From positions 1-35,122 of IMG/VR virus record IMGVR_UViG_3300020118_000126: 35,122 nucleotides of DNA; one strand, written 5' to 3'. Positions within the stretch are counted from its first letter, which is position 1. Each line of letters starts with the position of its first letter. Positions 33,981 to 35,122 of the stretch are shown in pieces. The stretch comes from a virus. Taxonomy: Duplodnaviria > Caudoviricetes. The notes beneath the pieces are model-generated. The model made no database searches and had not been told where the DNA came from. It was given only the letters and a program-made list of their open reading frames with translations. The position numbers and the translations under genes are program-made.

Positions 33981-34598
33981 GTGATGATCCCGAACGCCGA
34001 CCGCTGGGAGCGCCTCGCCACCGGCTATTGGTGCCCGAAGTGCCGCGACGCCATCGCTGGCCCGAACGCCATGCATCTGCCGGATCGCTGCCGCAACTGC
34101 GATCCGAACAAGCTCGCGATCATCGCGTGCAGCGGGAAGAAGCGCCCCGGCCCGGATGTGAAAGCGATCGACATGTACGATGGGCCGATGTGGCAGACGC
34201 TGCGCGCTCGCATGGCCGAGTTGCCAGCGGCGCGAGAGGCCTTCGCAACCGGCGAACTGCGCATCTTCGTGCTGTCGGCGAAATGGGGCTTGGTCGAGGC
34301 GTTCGTCTGTCTGCCAGACTATGACCAGCGGCTGGACGAACGGCGCGCGGCCGAGCTGCCGCACAATCCGACCAACGATCTGCAGATGATCCCCGGCATG
34401 GTCAATCAGGCCAGCGACGTGCTGTTCGCTGGCGGCGAGCTTTACCGCAACGCCATGTGGAAGGCGACTGGCGCCAATCTCTTCAACATCATGAAGATCA
34501 CCGAGACGGACGGCGCGGGCATCGGCTTCCAGCGCGAGCAGCTTTCCGCGTGGTTCAACCTTCACTTTTCATCGCAGGCCGAAAGGCTCGCAGCATGA
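33981..34598 (+). CDS. DUF6884-like (YaaA-related) protein with N-terminal zinc ribbon
   Basis: CPKC...CRNC; IIACSGKK, A.DMYDG, VLSAKWGLV, YDQRL. Confidence 0.7.
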   Translation: MMIPNADRWERLATGYWCPKCRDAIAGPNAMHLPDRCRNCDPNKLAIIACSGKKRPGPDVKAIDMYDGPMWQTLRARMAELPAAREAFATGELRIFVLSAKWGLVEAFVCLPDYDQRLDERRAAELPHNPTNDLQMIPGMVNQASDVLFAGGELYRNAMWKATGANLFNIMKITETDGAGIGFQREQLSAWFNLHFSSQAERLAA

Positions 34599-34828
34599 GC
34601 CGCCAGCCCACCATCGAAGAGGTCCAGACCGCCGAGGACGTCATCCGCAGGGTCGCGCCGGTGACGACGATCGGCGTCCAGCCCTGCAACAGCTACCTCA
34701 GCGGAGAACTGTGGACCGTCCACCTCAATGCAGGGGGACAGTTTGCCATGGGGCAGGGCGGTACCCTGGTCGATGCGATGAAGGCGATCAAAGCGGTCGA
34801 TGCGCCGCGGATGCGGGCTGCGTCATGA
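34595..34828 (+). CDS. Hypothetical protein (77 aa)
   Basis: ATGA coupling: MSRQPTIEEVQTAEDVIRRVAP... Confidence 0.6.
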   Translation: MSRQPTIEEVQTAEDVIRRVAPVTTIGVQPCNSYLSGELWTVHLNAGGQFAMGQGGTLVDAMKAIKAVDAPRMRAAS

Positions 34829-34867
34829 TCCGGTCAAGAGCAACCATTTCACAACAGGAGCTGCAGG

Positions 34868-35122
34868 GTGACGAATAGCAAAGGGGGCGATGTGTCCGCT
34901 CAGAAGTATCCAAGGCCAGCGTGGAACGCGACAACGGTCGATTGCTCGACCCAGGCGGAACTTGAAGCCGCGCTGACCAAGGGCAAGGTGGCACGTCTCC
35001 TGGCCGGCGCCTTCACGCTCACATGCGCGACCACCGATGCGCCGCGGATCATCCTGCAGGCCGATGTGAAGATCAGCATAGAGGCGTGGGGATCGTCGTC
35101 GCCCAGCATCGTGGCGTGGGAA
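34868..35122 (+). CDS. Partial protein beginning AWGSSSP/AWE repeats (3' end outside window)
   Basis: AGGAG RBS, GTG 34868; frame open to the edge: ...VDCSTQAELEAAL...IEAWGSSSPSIVAWE. Confidence 0.65.
   Translation, partial: MTNSKGGDVSAQKYPRPAWNATTVDCSTQAELEAALTKGKVARLLAGAFTLTCATTDAPRIILQADVKISIEAWGSSSPSIVAWE

Larger units (their letters stand above)
1..35122. mobile_element. Lambdoid temperate siphophage/prophage (partial; both ends lie outside the window)
   Basis: Continuous order: immunity switch, early/replication, HNH, terminase, portal, capsid, neck, tail, fibre. No host housekeeping genes seen. Confidence 0.97.

Noticed and set aside
1-35122. tRNA, integrase/att site, lysis cassette, reverse transcriptase/DGR, CRISPR array
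   Set aside because: None recognised by eye. Integrase and lysis genes probably lie outside the window; a tRNAscan/Infernal run would be needed to exclude small RNAs.

Overview
The whole window is part of a GC-rich, lambdoid temperate siphophage or prophage. A GapR/DUF2312 gene and RcGTA-like tail-tip genes point to an alphaproteobacterial host; Sphingomonas-like is my guess. Right to left it holds: a few + strand early genes; an immunity switch (short XRE repressor and divergent cro with five GTTCG-N7-CGAAC operators); a long - strand early operon (CII-like, adenine MTase, GapR-FtsK-gamma fusion, MmcB-like nuclease, PAPS-reductase-like, replication initiator with internal iterons, LexA-like HTH, NusG-type antiterminator); HNH/TerS/TerL; an HK97-type head; neck; tail tube; frameshifted tail chaperones; a 1002-aa tape measure; the tail tip; and a Gly-rich tail fibre that runs off the left edge. 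No integrase, lysis genes, tRNA or CRISPR are visible. The most unusual items are: (1) two full-length paralogous HK97 capsid genes, one lacking most of the scaffold region; (2) a tail fibre, missing from the ORF track, that starts with a Sec/lipoprotein-like signal peptide and has paired cysteines; (3) a SAM-methyltransferase/glycosyltransferase fusion inside the head module; (4) an antisense BRI3/LITAF-like membrane zinc-finger moron; (5) a GapR-FtsK-gamma fusion. All family calls come from motif recognition and gene order, not database searches. Several start codons were moved downstream of the ORF-track starts using RBS and stop/start overlap evidence.
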